Positions 51,243 to 62,904 are shown, counted from the first letter of the stretch. The stretch: 64,000 nucleotides of DNA from a bacterium (GCA_963681965.1 OY820579.1:3296001-3360000); one strand, 5' to 3'. A program made the numbers and translations. Notes: a model not told the origin generated them from the sequence alone.

Positions 51243-53324
51243 TTAATCGATGTTTGCGAGATCCTCGATGGGAGCCTGACATTGTCGATTGTGGCAGCGA
51301 TACAACACGGTTCGCCCCGCGACGCTATTCTTATCGTTGCATAGATCATGCAGCAGTGCTGGAATCGGTGCGATCGTCAGTGCCAGTTCGCGCTGCGGAT
51401 AGTATTTTCGTTGTACCGCATTGATAAAACTGCAATCGTCACCCGCGATCACCCATTGCGCGGCGGGACGATCCAACCGCTGAACGGCTTGCAGCGCCAT
51501 TCCCAGCCCATGCGGCATGCGGGTCAATTCCGCGCCGATCGCCTTCATCGCTGTAAGCGCTACCTGATAAAATCGGTCGTTGTTGGTTAATGCATGTAGC
51601 CGGAGCCACAGCAAAGCCGCGGCAGAATTCGCCGAGGGAATCGCCTGATCGAAAAATCCAACCGCGCGCACACCGCCGACCGGATCTTCCGACATCGCCA
51701 CCAAACCATTCGGCAAGACAAACCGGTCTATGAGTGACAAGGCGATTTCATTGGCGGTTTCGATCCACTTTCCGATTCCATCGGTCTGATAGAGGTCAAT
51801 GAGTCCGGTGGCTACCGTCGCGAAATCCAGTGCAAACGCCTGCTCCAGCACTTTGTTCTGTAACCGTGAATGGGCAAGATTCTTCGAAGCATTCCATTCG
51901 GACACCAAACGGGTCGCTAATTTTTCGGCAACGGTATAATACCGCGAATCGCCCAGATACACCGCTCCGGCTGCGAGTGCGGAGAGTGCCATCCCGTTCC
52001 AGTCGGTCAGAATTTTATCGTCGCGCCGCGGTGCAATGCGTTGGCTGCGCGCCTGATACAATCGATCGCACCATTGCTTAACCGATTCGGATAGTTGTTC
52101 CGGCGTCCGGTCGAAGCGAGCCGCGGATTCGGTGATCGCGCGTTCGGGAAAGAGGATCGATTGCCCCGGCTCGAATGTTCCTTCCTCCGTCACCTGAAAG
52201 ATGGTGCAGCATTGCTCGCCATCGCGTTCGCCCAGCAGATCGATAATTTCGCGTTTACTCCAGACGTAAAACGCCCCCTCTTTTCCAGCACTATCGGCAT
52301 CGAACGACGACGCGAAGCCGCACTCATCCTCAATCCACAATTCGCGGAGCATCCAGTCCAGTGTCGTGCGCGCGGTCTCGATCAAATCCGCGCGATCGAA
52401 TGCACTTCCAGCATGAAGATAGATCGACACCAGTTGCGCATTGTCGTAGAGCATTTTTTCGAAATGCGGCACCATCCAGCGCGCGTCGGTCGAATACCGC
52501 GCAAAGCCGCCGCCGATCTGATCGAACAGCCCCCCGTAGCGCATTTTTTCCAGCGTGAGTAGAACCACTTCGCGCGCATCCCGATTGTTATCGGATACGG
52601 CATATTCCAGGAGGAAGCGCAACAACATCGGTTGCGGAAATTTCGGTGCGGGACCGAAACCGCCATTGTTGCGATCGGCAGTTTCCAAAATCATGGCGCG
52701 GGCACGCTCGACGATTGCCGCTAGATCGATTTCGGAACGCCGCTCGGCAGTGGCGTCGCGCTGGAGATAATCGAACAGTTGCTGTCCCGTTTCAAGGACA
52801 TCGCGCCGTTGCGTTTGCCACGCTTCGCTAATCGCTTCGCAGACTTCCCGCCAGCTCGGTCGACCGTACATCGCCTTCGGTGGAAAATAGGTGCCGCCGA
52901 AAAACGGTTTCCCGTCATGATCGACAAACACATTCAGCGGCCAGCCTCCCTGACCGGTCAGCGCCTGAATTGCCGACATATAGATCTGATCGATATCGGG
53001 ACGCTCTTCGCGATCGACTTTCACACAGACGAAACTTCGGTTCATCAGTTCGGCAATAGCGTGATCCTCGAACGCTTCCCGTTCCATGACATGACACCAG
53101 TGACACGACGAATATCCGATCGAAATCAGCACTGGAAGATCGCGGCGACGCGCCTCTTCGAATGCCGATTCGCGGTAAGGTTGCCAATCGACCGGATTGT
53201 AAGCATGTTGCAATAAATAGGGACTGGATTCGGCAATCAGCCGGTTGGCTTTGCGCTCGAAAGACGTAGAAGTCGTATATAACCGCGATGCTGGAGTACC
53301 ATCGGGCAGGATCAAGCCACTCAT
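51243..53324 (-). CDS. thioredoxin-domain protein YyaL/SSP411 (DUF255)
   Basis: [67 protein letters not shown]. Confidence 0.93.
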   Translation of the reverse strand: MSGLILPDGTPASRLYTTSTSFERKANRLIAESSPYLLQHAYNPVDWQPYRESAFEEARRRDLPVLISIGYSSCHWCHVMEREAFEDHAIAELMNRSFVCVKVDREERPDIDQIYMSAIQALTGQGGWPLNVFVDHDGKPFFGGTYFPPKAMYGRPSWREVCEAISEAWQTQRRDVLETGQQLFDYLQRDATAERRSEIDLAAIVERARAMILETADRNNGGFGPAPKFPQPMLLRFLLEYAVSDNNRDAREVVLLTLEKMRYGGLFDQIGGGFARYSTDARWMVPHFEKMLYDNAQLVSIYLHAGSAFDRADLIETARTTLDWMLRELWIEDECGFASSFDADSAGKEGAFYVWSKREIIDLLGERDGEQCCTIFQVTEEGTFEPGQSILFPERAITESAARFDRTPEQLSESVKQWCDRLYQARSQRIAPRRDDKILTDWNGMALSALAAGAVYLGDSRYYTVAEKLATRLVSEWNASKNLAHSRLQNKVLEQAFALDFATVATGLIDLYQTDGIGKWIETANEIALSLIDRFVLPNGLVAMSEDPVGGVRAVGFFDQAIPSANSAAALLWLRLHALTNNDRFYQVALTAMKAIGAELTRMPHGLGMALQAVQRLDRPAAQWVIAGDDCSFINAVQRKYYPQRELALTIAPIPALLHDLCNDKNSVAGRTVLYRCHNRQCQAPIEDLANID

Positions 53325-53562
53325 TGAATCTCCTGGTGTTGTAAATGATACGTGAAAAGTTGTTGAAGATACAGAATCTTGATTAATTTTGACAAACAAT
53401 TCACCATCTCTCTGATTCTTGAATAACAATCTTTCGATGCTCAACTGTGCGCGTGAAATAGTTAACAAATTCCTGACAAATTTCGATCCGAACCGATTAC
53501 CTTGATGGTGTGGTGGTTTTTGAATATTTGTTCTGAAGATTCGGTGTTCGGCATTGCCGAAC

Positions 53563-53630
53563 AGGTACAGACAAGAGTGTCTGTACTTACAGAAACCGCC
53601 TGCGGGCGGACACGGGGGTCCGCCCCTACT
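53563..53630. repeat. REP-like hairpin pair (inverted copy of 1108-1169)
   Basis: GTACAGACAAGAGTGTCTGTACTTAC and GGGCGGACACGGGGGTCCGCCCCTAC. Confidence 0.8.
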
Positions 53631-53682
53631 AACGATCACCATTCAATTTTATGAGATACTCGGTAATGAACCGGAGCTTACA

Positions 53683-55368
53683 ATGAAAAAGAAAATTCTA
53701 TTTTGGTTGAGAAGTCTCGGATCCAGTGTCGGCATCGGATTGATCGTACTGATTGCGTTGTTCTTTGTCGGATTTTCCTACTTTATCAGCATGGTCAGTT
53801 TAAAATCGGAGACTGCGGTCGATCACGAGAAATTGCGATTCATGTCGCACGATTTATCCAATGTTCTCACCGATCTCAGCGTCGAACCGTTCCGATCGTA
53901 TATCGATCAATTCCAAGCTTCATCGGAACAGTACGAAATGGGCGATATCAAAAGGCTCGTGACTGATTTCTCGGCAAAGCCGGGAGTGAAAAATGTGTAC
54001 TGGGTCGCTCCCGACTCGATTCTGATTTCCGCACATTCATACGCAAATCGCGAATGGCTTGCCGCATACCTCTGGGAAAAAAGGATGGCGTTCAACAGTA
54101 ACCCTTCGCGCGTCGGACGGCAAACGGATAGAATCGGTTTTCGATCCTATCTGGCGAAAGACGAACGTGTCTATCTGATGGGGATGATCCTTCCGGTTAA
54201 AAAAAAGCATACCGATTACAAGAAATGGATGCACGACAAAGCGAACTTCGGGAAATTTCTGATCGTTGAATTCGACCCGCAATTCTTTCACCAGACCATT
54301 CAGAATCACATGGACGCGGCGATCTCGCAATACAGCATCTTTTATGGCTGGACTTATCCCGAAATCGTTCCGTATTGCGGTTTTGGTATCATCAATCGAC
54401 AGATTCCCACCGACACGATCTGGTGGCATGGAGCGAAGAAATTCCGCGCCACCGCCGAGTGGCACTCGATGGTGCAGGGAACACCCGCCGGCGGCGAATG
54501 GTTCGATTGTCAGGTCTACCGTTCCATCAGCAATGAGGAGTACACTAAACGCAACTTCGGCACCAAAGCACTTCAATTTACCCTCAATGCCATCGCGATT
54601 CTCACAGTAGTATTTTTGCTCATCCTCTTAATGACGTACTGGAATACCCGCCGACTCTGGCTGGCACGCGAAACGGCACTCGATTATCTGGCACATTCGC
54701 TGAAAACACCAATCTCGCGCATTCGGTTGCGAGGCGAAATTCTGGCGCAGAAGCGGGTTGAATCGGAAGAAGTCGAACAGGCGACACTACACGGCATTAT
54801 CGACGAATGCGACCGGATGAATCGGACGGTTCTGAATTCATTGCTGATTGTGCGCGGCGAGATCAATCATGCCAAATTCAGTTCTGTTTCGTTAACGGAA
54901 TTGCTCGACGAGATAAAGAACAGTTGGAAACCGATATTCGATTCGGCACTGATCGATTTCACAGTAACCAATTCTCTCGACAATATTCATCTCCGCGGAA
55001 ATCGCGAATTGCTGGTCGTGCTCTGCGATAATTTACTGGACAATGCGTTCCGTGCCATCCGTAAAATGCGGCAGAGTGGGTCGGACAGCCCGATGACAGT
55101 TCAGGTTTCATTATCGGAGATGTCACCGAATGGAATCAGATTAACATTCGAGGATAGCGGAACCGGTTTCGATTCGAAACAATTGAAGCGTATTTTGAAA
55201 CAGCACTATCTTCCCGGAACCAGCAGTGAAAGCGATCCCGGAATCGGCATCGGGATGAGTCTGGTGAAGGAGATCGTTCAATTGCATCGCGGAAAAATCG
55301 CACTATCGAATCGCGCCAGCGGCGGTGCCGTCGTGACGATCGATTTTCCGCTCGACCTCAAAAAATAG
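53683..55368 (+). CDS. membrane sensor histidine kinase
   Basis: 2 TM helices, AHSLKTP H-box, NLLDNA, DSGTG, GIGIGMSLVKEIV.LHRG. Confidence 0.92.
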   Translation: MKKKILFWLRSLGSSVGIGLIVLIALFFVGFSYFISMVSLKSETAVDHEKLRFMSHDLSNVLTDLSVEPFRSYIDQFQASSEQYEMGDIKRLVTDFSAKPGVKNVYWVAPDSILISAHSYANREWLAAYLWEKRMAFNSNPSRVGRQTDRIGFRSYLAKDERVYLMGMILPVKKKHTDYKKWMHDKANFGKFLIVEFDPQFFHQTIQNHMDAAISQYSIFYGWTYPEIVPYCGFGIINRQIPTDTIWWHGAKKFRATAEWHSMVQGTPAGGEWFDCQVYRSISNEEYTKRNFGTKALQFTLNAIAILTVVFLLILLMTYWNTRRLWLARETALDYLAHSLKTPISRIRLRGEILAQKRVESEEVEQATLHGIIDECDRMNRTVLNSLLIVRGEINHAKFSSVSLTELLDEIKNSWKPIFDSALIDFTVTNSLDNIHLRGNRELLVVLCDNLLDNAFRAIRKMRQSGSDSPMTVQVSLSEMSPNGIRLTFEDSGTGFDSKQLKRILKQHYLPGTSSESDPGIGIGMSLVKEIVQLHRGKIALSNRASGGAVVTIDFPLDLKK

Positions 55369-55382
55369 CGATTGCGAATCCT

Positions 55383-56084
55383 ATGGCACAAATCTTAATC
55401 ATCGAAGACGACGCTGTGATCGGAGAAGCGCTCCGGTCACAGCTCGCGATGGAAGGATTTGCCACGAAGTGGGTGACGAACGGTCGTCAGGGATTGAAAG
55501 AGGCGTCCTCCGGTGCGTACCAGCTCATTCTGCTAGATCTGATGCTGCCATTGCTCGACGGCATGCACATCCTGAAACGGATTCGCGAACAGAAGGTATT
55601 GACTCCCGTTATCATCGTTACCGCGAAAACCGCCGAAGCGGAAAAACTGTCCGGCTTTCAACAGGGATGCGACGATTATGTCACGAAACCGTTTTCGATC
55701 ATCGAGCTGATCGCCCGGATCCGCGCGGTATTGCGGCGTTCCGGCTATCGCGAGGAACGCAATCCGATCAGTCTCGAAGGACTGCTGATCGATCCGAATC
55801 AACGCACCGTAACATATCGTCAAACTGCAATCGACCTCGCGCCGAAAGAATTCGAATTACTCTATCGGCTTGCAATGCGCCCCGGACAGGTTCTTGCACG
55901 CGATTATTTATTCGAGCAGATTTGGGGCGAGCAAACCGATTCGACCAATCGCACCGTCGATACGCACATCGCATCGCTGCGCAGTAAATTGGAAGCGGCA
56001 CAATTCAAGCAATACACGATTGTTGCCTGCTATAAAGTTGGCTATAAACTCATCCAATCGCCGTCCTTTTCTCAGCCGGATTAA
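55383..56084 (+). CDS. OmpR-family response regulator
   Basis: ILIIEDD, LDLMLP, DDYVTKPF, winged helix KEFELL..RTVDTHI. Confidence 0.95.
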   Translation: MAQILIIEDDAVIGEALRSQLAMEGFATKWVTNGRQGLKEASSGAYQLILLDLMLPLLDGMHILKRIREQKVLTPVIIVTAKTAEAEKLSGFQQGCDDYVTKPFSIIELIARIRAVLRRSGYREERNPISLEGLLIDPNQRTVTYRQTAIDLAPKEFELLYRLAMRPGQVLARDYLFEQIWGEQTDSTNRTVDTHIASLRSKLEAAQFKQYTIVACYKVGYKLIQSPSFSQPD

Positions 56085-56421
56085 TCAACAAATAGTAATT
56101 CCGTAACTTAATTATCATTAATCCAAATTTATGCTTCATCTGTCATAGGGATAACGGAAGGGATATCGCGGTTTGGGTTGACCTTCTGGATGTGCGTCGG
56201 AGGAAGACACTTCAAGCTGTGCAACTGTTGCGGTCAAAACTGCTTGATGTGCGTGACGTGAGACGAGTCGGTTGATCATGAGTGATTGCCGAATTGTTTA
56301 AAATGGGTAGAACACCGATTACACCCGGTTAGCAAGATCTGATCCCGGGAGAGCGATTAGATGGTCGCTGCTTATTTCCAAGGTGTAGTCGTTTCCGTCT
56401 TATGGCGCGTTTCCGATCGGG

Positions 56422-56457
56422 AAAATGGCTGACGAAAGTCAGCCATTTTTTTGTTTT
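56422..56457 (+). terminator. intrinsic terminator
   Basis: AAAATGGCTGAC-GAAA-GTCAGCCATTTT followed by a T run. Confidence 0.8.
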
Positions 56458-56488
56458 CGCAACTTGTGAAGATAAGTAATTATCATCA

Positions 56489-56803
56489 GTAGTAGGGGCG
56501 GGTCCCCGCGCACGCCCGTTGAGACAATGCAGTCTTCTGTTTTTGTCTTTGCGAGGAACGAAGAGAAGAAACATGCGTAGCATTTTCGTAACGTAGTGAC
56601 GAAGCAACCGCGCAGCGCTCACTGAAGGTAAACTCCTCTTTTGAATCTAATAATAAAACTACAAGAGTAGATTGCCACAGCCCCTGCAGGGCTTCGCAAT
56701 GACAGATCAACAAAATGGGTGTTGGGTAATGGGTGGTAGGTGGTGGGAAAAGATAAAGAAAATGATTCAAGACCGGGCGGCCGCGGGGAGCCGCCCCTAC
56801 TAC
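56489..56803. repeat. REP-like mosaic
   Basis: GTAGGGGCGGGTCCCCGCGCACGCCC; 56670-56802 is a further copy of module 22488-22619. Confidence 0.85.
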
Positions 56804-56873
56804 CGATTACAACTTTTTTTTAGGTAATATTTTATCTATTAATGCAAACAAGAATCACGGATGGAATTGCGAC

Positions 56874-58001
56874 TCACAACAAAAATTGCGTGATCGCATT
56901 TTCCCGCACCAATCCCGCCGTCGTTAAAATCAATCGGCGATCATTCACCACTCCCCACCCTTGTGCAACGATCTTTTCCACGCGCTCCGGATCGACGGAA
57001 AATTCACATCCCGACAAATCCAATCCGGTACTCAACCGCAAACTCATCGCGATCGTTTCGATGCGATGTTGTTCGTCGCTGATCGGTTCCCAGCCGGAAT
57101 CGCAGACGGCATCGGGCAGTGCCGCCGACCACTGCTGCAAATCGGAGCGATTCGCGTAGCGGGCAACACCGTCGTAACCGTGTGCCGACGGACCACAGGC
57201 GAGATACGGGATCCCCGTCCAATAGGCGAGATTGTGCTGCGACGCGTGACCGGGTTTCGCAAAATTAGATAGTTCATATCGTGAATAATTGGCGTTGCCC
57301 AGCAACTCGAACGACAATTGCAGTTGCCGTTCGGTCAGCGTTTCCTCGGGCAATGCGAATTCTTCGCGCAAGAACCGTTGCCAGTAGGCGCTTCCCGGCT
57401 CAACGATCAATGAATAACAGGAAATGTGATCGAATTCCAGTGCGACTGCCTGCCGTAGGGTATCGATCCAATTCGCTTCGCTGCCGAATGGAAGTGCATA
57501 GATCAGATCGCAGGAGACCGATGCGAACCCCGCATCCCGCGCAGCATCTACCGCCAGTGCCGCGTCGCGCGGGGTGTGTGCGCGTCCCAATTGTTTCAAC
57601 TCATCGACCTGAAAACTCTGGACACCGAGCGAGAGCCGGTTGATTCCGGCAGCGCGAAACGCGGTGAATTTGTCGCGATCTTCGGGATTGGCTTCGAGCG
57701 TGATTTCGGCAGTGTCGGTCAATCCATAGCAGCGCCATTCCGCAATCCACTCCGCGACGATTGCCGGATCGAGCAGCGATGGTGTTCCGCCGCCGAAATA
57801 GAGTGTGAAGGGGGCACGATCGCGAAACGCGGGGTGCTGCCGTCGCAATCGCCACTCTTGCGGCAGCTTGGTGCAGAAGGCGTCCAGTTGCTTCGCACCA
57901 TCCGTACGCAAATAAAAATCGCAATACGGGCAACGCTTCCGGCAGAACGGGATATGCAGGTAGACGGCGTAGTGGGGTTGATCATGGTTAAGCGCATACA
58001 T
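56874..58001 (-). CDS. hemW: radical SAM heme chaperone HemW (HemN-like)
   Basis: YLHIPFCRKRCPYCDF, FGGGTPS, EITLEANP, NRLSLGVQSF, YELSNFA, HNLAYW. Confidence 0.92.
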   Translation of the reverse strand: MYALNHDQPHYAVYLHIPFCRKRCPYCDFYLRTDGAKQLDAFCTKLPQEWRLRRQHPAFRDRAPFTLYFGGGTPSLLDPAIVAEWIAEWRCYGLTDTAEITLEANPEDRDKFTAFRAAGINRLSLGVQSFQVDELKQLGRAHTPRDAALAVDAARDAGFASVSCDLIYALPFGSEANWIDTLRQAVALEFDHISCYSLIVEPGSAYWQRFLREEFALPEETLTERQLQLSFELLGNANYSRYELSNFAKPGHASQHNLAYWTGIPYLACGPSAHGYDGVARYANRSDLQQWSAALPDAVCDSGWEPISDEQHRIETIAMSLRLSTGLDLSGCEFSVDPERVEKIVAQGWGVVNDRRLILTTAGLVRENAITQFLL

Positions 58002-58194
58002 AATTCAATATATCACATTTACTTGATTGTATGACACACGATTCTGATCGCGGACGCAGAAATATTGGTATCCCAGAAAACGGTGGCAAAATATTCAGAA
58101 TTCAGATAATTTGCTTTACATGCATTCTTAGATAATATATATTAATTGGGTCAGATGTGATATTTATTCAGAATACTATGAAGTGGAGTGACTG

Positions 58195-60297
58195 ATGTGC
58201 CCTTCGCGAACTCTTCGAACCCCGATTTATATTTTTCTAACACTACTCACAATTGTCCACGTACCCAGATGTTATGGATTAACCTGGGAATGGCAAAATT
58301 CGCTCCCGCAAGGCAATCAACTCAATTCAGTGGTATTTATCGATTCCACGACCGGTTGGGCAGTCGGAGCGGTGGGAACGATTATCCACACGACCGATGC
58401 CGGAAGCAGTTGGACAATTCAGGAAAGCGGAACAATCAACACCCTGAATGATATCACATTCTCCAACCCCCAAACCGGTTGGATTGTGGGCGATTCCGGA
58501 ACAGCACTTCAATCGACCGATGGTGGCAGACATTGGTTCAGTCTATCTTTAAATTCTGGTCGCGGTATCTGTATCAAGTTTATCGATCCGTTACATGGCT
58601 ATCTCGTCGGAGGGTATGGCGTATTGCGCACTACTGATGGCGGAAACCGGTGGACTAGGGTCAATACACCTGTCGGCGGAATCGCTTTTGTCGATACGGC
58701 AAATGGCTGGGTGGTAGGTGGCAATAGTATCAGCAATACCACCAATGGCGGTCGAAACTGGTCATGGACCACATTGACGAATATCAGTCAACTGAAAGCG
58801 CCTCAATTCACTGATATCAATCACGGCTGGGTTGCTCATAGTCGTGGAGTCATTCGGACTTCCAATTCCGGATATAGCTGGATTCCATCATTGAATATCA
58901 GCATTGCATTCAATCATCTCACTTTCATCAATTCCAGTATCGGCTGGGCGGTCGGCGAGCGTGGTCGTATCTACCATACCACCAACGGGGGACTGTCCTG
59001 GATCCAACAGACCAACCCCGATACAACTGCCAGTTTACATAGCGTTTCGTTTACCGATGCGCAAAACGGGTGGATAGTTGGCACTGTGAACTATTATAAC
59101 TCCATCATACTACGCACGACCGACGGTGGCGGACACTGGCAGGAAATAACGCAGGGTACCCGCCGATCGCTTCATCAGTCGGTGTTTTGCGATTCCCGTA
59201 ATGGTTGGGTGGTGGGAGATACCGGAACTATTCTTCACACATCCAATGGCGGACGAAATTGGGAAAATCAGCTCGGAGATACGAATACAGATCTCTATCG
59301 GATTTCCTTTCCCGATACGTTAAATGGCTGGGCAACCGGGTATCATAACACAACAAATTCTTTATTCCATACATCCGATGGCGGTATTCATTGGACTAGT
59401 CAGACCTTTGATTCGATTTACTCACTCGATAAAATATTTTTTGTCGATCGTTTCACCGGATGGATTGCAACTGGATCTTCGTTCTTGCATACCACGGATG
59501 GCGGGAACAACTGGCTTCATCAACCATCGGGAGCCTACTATATCCACGATTTCCAATTTATCAATGCCGATACCGGCTGGGCAGTGGGAGATATCGGTCG
59601 TTTTTATTGGACGACTGACGGTGGAGACAGTTGGAACAATCAAGTGATCGGATCCACTCGCGATTTTACTAGCCTCACTTTTACCGATATTCGAAATGGC
59701 TGGATCGTCGGGGTCAATGGCACGATCCTTCACACGACAACTGGCGGAACCGGGTGGATGTATCAGTTTTGCACCCCACTCGTGGATCTGATCTGCGTCG
59801 CGTTTTGCGATTCCCTTAACGGATTGATTGTCGGTGCGAATGGGAGTGTATTTCGAACCACAAACGGCGGAAATATCTGGGAATTTCAAACGCGAATAAC
59901 TAATTCGAATTTGACGTCAATCACGTACCTCGACACCAATCACATTTGGATCGTCGGTGAAAACGGTACTATTCTATTTTCATCCAATGGTGGTACTACG
60001 TTTATCGAAGACCACAGCGCGATTTCCCATCCGACCAGTTTCAACCTGATTACGATTTATCCTAATCCATTTAACGCAACCACGACGGTATCGTACACCA
60101 TTCCGAAGACAAGTGCGGTGACGCTGAAGTTGTACGACGTGAATGGTCGCGAGGTCGAAACACTCGTGAACACCAATCAGAAACCGGGTACATATCGCGT
60201 ATCAATCGATGGCTGTAGACTTGCCTCCGGCACCTACTTCGCACAACTCAGGGCTGGCAATTTCTCGCAAACCCGTAAAATTGTATTGTTGCGATAG
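58195..60297 (+). CDS. secreted YCF48/BNR-repeat beta-propeller protein with T9SS type-A C-terminal domain
   Basis: About 13 repeats of F.D...GW.VG..G.I..T.DGG..W; [16 protein letters not shown]. Confidence 0.88.
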   Translation: MCPSRTLRTPIYIFLTLLTIVHVPRCYGLTWEWQNSLPQGNQLNSVVFIDSTTGWAVGAVGTIIHTTDAGSSWTIQESGTINTLNDITFSNPQTGWIVGDSGTALQSTDGGRHWFSLSLNSGRGICIKFIDPLHGYLVGGYGVLRTTDGGNRWTRVNTPVGGIAFVDTANGWVVGGNSISNTTNGGRNWSWTTLTNISQLKAPQFTDINHGWVAHSRGVIRTSNSGYSWIPSLNISIAFNHLTFINSSIGWAVGERGRIYHTTNGGLSWIQQTNPDTTASLHSVSFTDAQNGWIVGTVNYYNSIILRTTDGGGHWQEITQGTRRSLHQSVFCDSRNGWVVGDTGTILHTSNGGRNWENQLGDTNTDLYRISFPDTLNGWATGYHNTTNSLFHTSDGGIHWTSQTFDSIYSLDKIFFVDRFTGWIATGSSFLHTTDGGNNWLHQPSGAYYIHDFQFINADTGWAVGDIGRFYWTTDGGDSWNNQVIGSTRDFTSLTFTDIRNGWIVGVNGTILHTTTGGTGWMYQFCTPLVDLICVAFCDSLNGLIVGANGSVFRTTNGGNIWEFQTRITNSNLTSITYLDTNHIWIVGENGTILFSSNGGTTFIEDHSAISHPTSFNLITIYPNPFNATTTVSYTIPKTSAVTLKLYDVNGREVETLVNTNQKPGTYRVSIDGCRLASGTYFAQLRAGNFSQTRKIVLLR

Positions 60298-60304
60298 GGA
60301 ACAG

Positions 60305-60893
60305 ATCGGTGTTGGGGATTGGGGAAAAGAAATTAATAGAGATACAAAAACGGGCGCATTCGTTAGCTAACAGACGGTCGCCCGTTCTTGTATCTTGTAT
60401 CCTGCAAAATTGTTCAACTCCGATTGGCAAATCCCTTCTTTTCCGTAGGTCAGAACTTGTTCTGACCATTTCTTGCATACTGATTGTGTCGTTACGAAGC
60501 CCCGCAGGGGCTGTGGCAATCTTCCTGCTGGAGATGGCCCTTCAGTGCCGTAATCTGTTCCTCTTTTTTGAGAATCATTGGAAAGAGAAGCAACAGACAA
60601 AGAATCAAAAAAACAAATGATACGGGCCTAAAGGGCCATCTCCGAAAAGAAGGGGATACAAATTTGAATTCGAGGGAGTGTGATTTATAGGGGAATTTTC
60701 CGGACACAAGAGGATCGCAGGCTCGGAGGCCTGCGCCACCAACAGAATGGGTGGTAGGTGTTGGGGATGGGGATTGGGAAAAGACGAAAAGAGTAGGTTG
60801 CCACGTCTGCCGCTTCGCGTCGTCCTCGCAACGACAGAACAGGATAAAGGAAAAAAATACTAGAACGGGCGGACACGGGGGTCCGCCCCTACT
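60305..60893. repeat. REP-like mosaic
   Basis: GTAGGTCAGAACTTGTTCTGACC, GTCGTTACGAAGCCCCGCAGGGGCTGTGGCAATC, GGAGATGGCCCTT..AAGGGCCATCTCC doublet, GGGCGGACACGGGGGTCCGCCCCTAC. Confidence 0.85.
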
Positions 60894-60974
60894 GAAAAAG
60901 GATCTACGTGAGTTTCCGCCTCACAAAAAAATGAAATTTTCCTCTCTCGACGATATTTGCTTACATTATCCCCC

Positions 60975-62795
60975 ATGCACCCTTTTAAACGGTTACTTCT
61001 GCTCGGTCGAGATCAGTGGCGTCTGCTCCCGCTGGCTCTGTTCGCCGCGATCATGTACGTGGTCTCGAACAGCGCTGTGATGTGGATCGTCGCCAGCTTC
61101 CTCACACTGATCTTCTCGCCCGACAAAGCCCCGTCCGCGCAAGCCTTCAACGGCGACTGGTCGAATATCAACGAAGCGCTGAAAGCGTTCACCTGGCAGG
61201 TGATCGGCGGGGGCGAACCGTTCGACAAGATCAAACGTGTCAGTATCCTGATCCTCATCATCTATACCGTCGCCGGTGCCAGCAAATTCCTGCAGGAACG
61301 AACCCTCGCGCTGATCGAACAACGGCTCGCGCTCCGCGTCCGCGAAAAGCTGTACGAGCACTACTTGAAACAGGGTCTCGGTTTCTTCCACCGCCGTAAA
61401 TCCGGCGAATTGATGACACTGCTGGTCAGCGACGCACAAACACTGAATCAGAATTTGACCAAAGTCTTCGGGATCTTCCTGCGCGATCCCGCCATCGTGA
61501 TCCTCTCGTTTGTGCTGCTCGCCGCGATCTCGTGGCAACTGCTCCTGCTCACCTTGATCATCGGTCCGCTCGCCGGCTTCGTGATTCAAACCGTCGGCAG
61601 CAGCCTGAAGCGCAAATCGACCCGGTTGCAACGCGCACTGGAAGAACTGACGGTGCTCATCAGCGAACGGTTGAACGGCGTACTGCTGATCAAATCGAGC
61701 GGCACGGAACAGCAGGAAGGTCAACGCTTTGCCGCAGCGAATCAGATGGTGTTCAAGCGCTCGTTCAAACAGCGCGAATTGGATATTCTCGGCGTGCCAC
61801 TCACTGAAGTGGTCGGCATGGCGATTATCGTCGCGATCCTGCTGGTCGGCGGGTATAATGTGACTCAGACCGGAAACATGGGTTCCGAAGATTTCATGCG
61901 GTTCATCGTGATCATGTTCTCGATGCTCGCACCGGCACGATCGATCGCGAATGGCTGGGCATCGCTCAGTATCGTTACCGCCAGCGGCGTGCGGATTTTC
62001 AAGATGCTCGACACCGACGAATCGCTGCCGCAGACCACTACCCCGAAACCGCTGTTGGAAGCGGCTCAACCGATTATTTTCGATAACGTCAGCTTTAGCT
62101 ACGATCCCGCTCTGCCGGAAGTAGTCAAGGGAATGTCGCTGGAAATCCAACCGAATGAGACGATTGCGCTGGTAGGTTTGTCGGGCGCCGGGAAATCGAC
62201 CCTGTTCTCGCTGCTGCTGCGGCATTACGACCCGAACAGCGGCACGATCCGGCTGGGCAACAACGATATCCGCGACTATTCGCTGACCGACTACCGCCGT
62301 AAATTCGGCGTCGTCACACAGGAGACGATCCTGTTCCACGACACGGTGGCGTCCAACATTGCCTATGGCTGCGAGACGGCGACCCGGGAAGATGTGATCG
62401 CCGCAGCGAAACTCGCGTATGCCGACATCTTTATTCATCAGTTGGAAAATGGCTACGACACCATCATCGGCGACCGGGGCGTCCGGCTGTCGGGTGGTCA
62501 GCGGCAACGTATTTCATTGGCACGCGCCTTCGTTCGCAATCCGCATTATATCCTCCTCGACGAGGCGACTTCGAATTTGGATAGTGATAGCGAAGCATTG
62601 ATCCAGCGTGCACTCGATAACATGAAGAATTTACAGACGTTAATCGTGATTGCACACCGTCTGGCGACGGTTCGAAATGCCGATCGGATTGCGTTGATCG
62701 ATCAAGGGAAGTTGATCGATGTCGGCAGTTACGACGATTTGAACAACCGTTGCGAACTATTTTCGCGACTTAGCAAACAGCAATTTCTTTCGTAA
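60975..62795 (+). CDS. ABC transporter ATP-binding/permease, MsbA-like
   Basis: TM domain plus GLSGAGKST, LSGGQRQRI, LLDEATSNLD, IAHRL. Confidence 0.92.
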   Translation: MHPFKRLLLLGRDQWRLLPLALFAAIMYVVSNSAVMWIVASFLTLIFSPDKAPSAQAFNGDWSNINEALKAFTWQVIGGGEPFDKIKRVSILILIIYTVAGASKFLQERTLALIEQRLALRVREKLYEHYLKQGLGFFHRRKSGELMTLLVSDAQTLNQNLTKVFGIFLRDPAIVILSFVLLAAISWQLLLLTLIIGPLAGFVIQTVGSSLKRKSTRLQRALEELTVLISERLNGVLLIKSSGTEQQEGQRFAAANQMVFKRSFKQRELDILGVPLTEVVGMAIIVAILLVGGYNVTQTGNMGSEDFMRFIVIMFSMLAPARSIANGWASLSIVTASGVRIFKMLDTDESLPQTTTPKPLLEAAQPIIFDNVSFSYDPALPEVVKGMSLEIQPNETIALVGLSGAGKSTLFSLLLRHYDPNSGTIRLGNNDIRDYSLTDYRRKFGVVTQETILFHDTVASNIAYGCETATREDVIAAAKLAYADIFIHQLENGYDTIIGDRGVRLSGGQRQRISLARAFVRNPHYILLDEATSNLDSDSEALIQRALDNMKNLQTLIVIAHRLATVRNADRIALIDQGKLIDVGSYDDLNNRCELFSRLSKQQFLS

Positions 62796-62875
62796 CACCT
62801 CGGGTTAGAGGCGTTTGCATAATCTGTAAGTAGTTAATTTATAATTAGTACTGATTATTTGAAAAGTAGTTCGGC

Positions 62876-62904
62876 TTGACAACTCGATCGGAATACACTA
62901 CCTT
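62876..62904 (+). promoter_or_regulatory. sigma70-type promoter for tRNA-Phe/rplU/rpmA
   Basis: TTGACA-17 bp-TACCTT. Confidence 0.6.

Noticed and set aside
53325-53682. Long N-terminal extensions of YyaL and the histidine kinase
   Set aside because: They are open frames running through a REP pair and a divergent promoter region; downstream ATGs have RBS-like motifs
60993-62507. 504-aa minus-strand ORF
   Set aside because: Antisense shadow of the MsbA-like gene with no recognizable motifs
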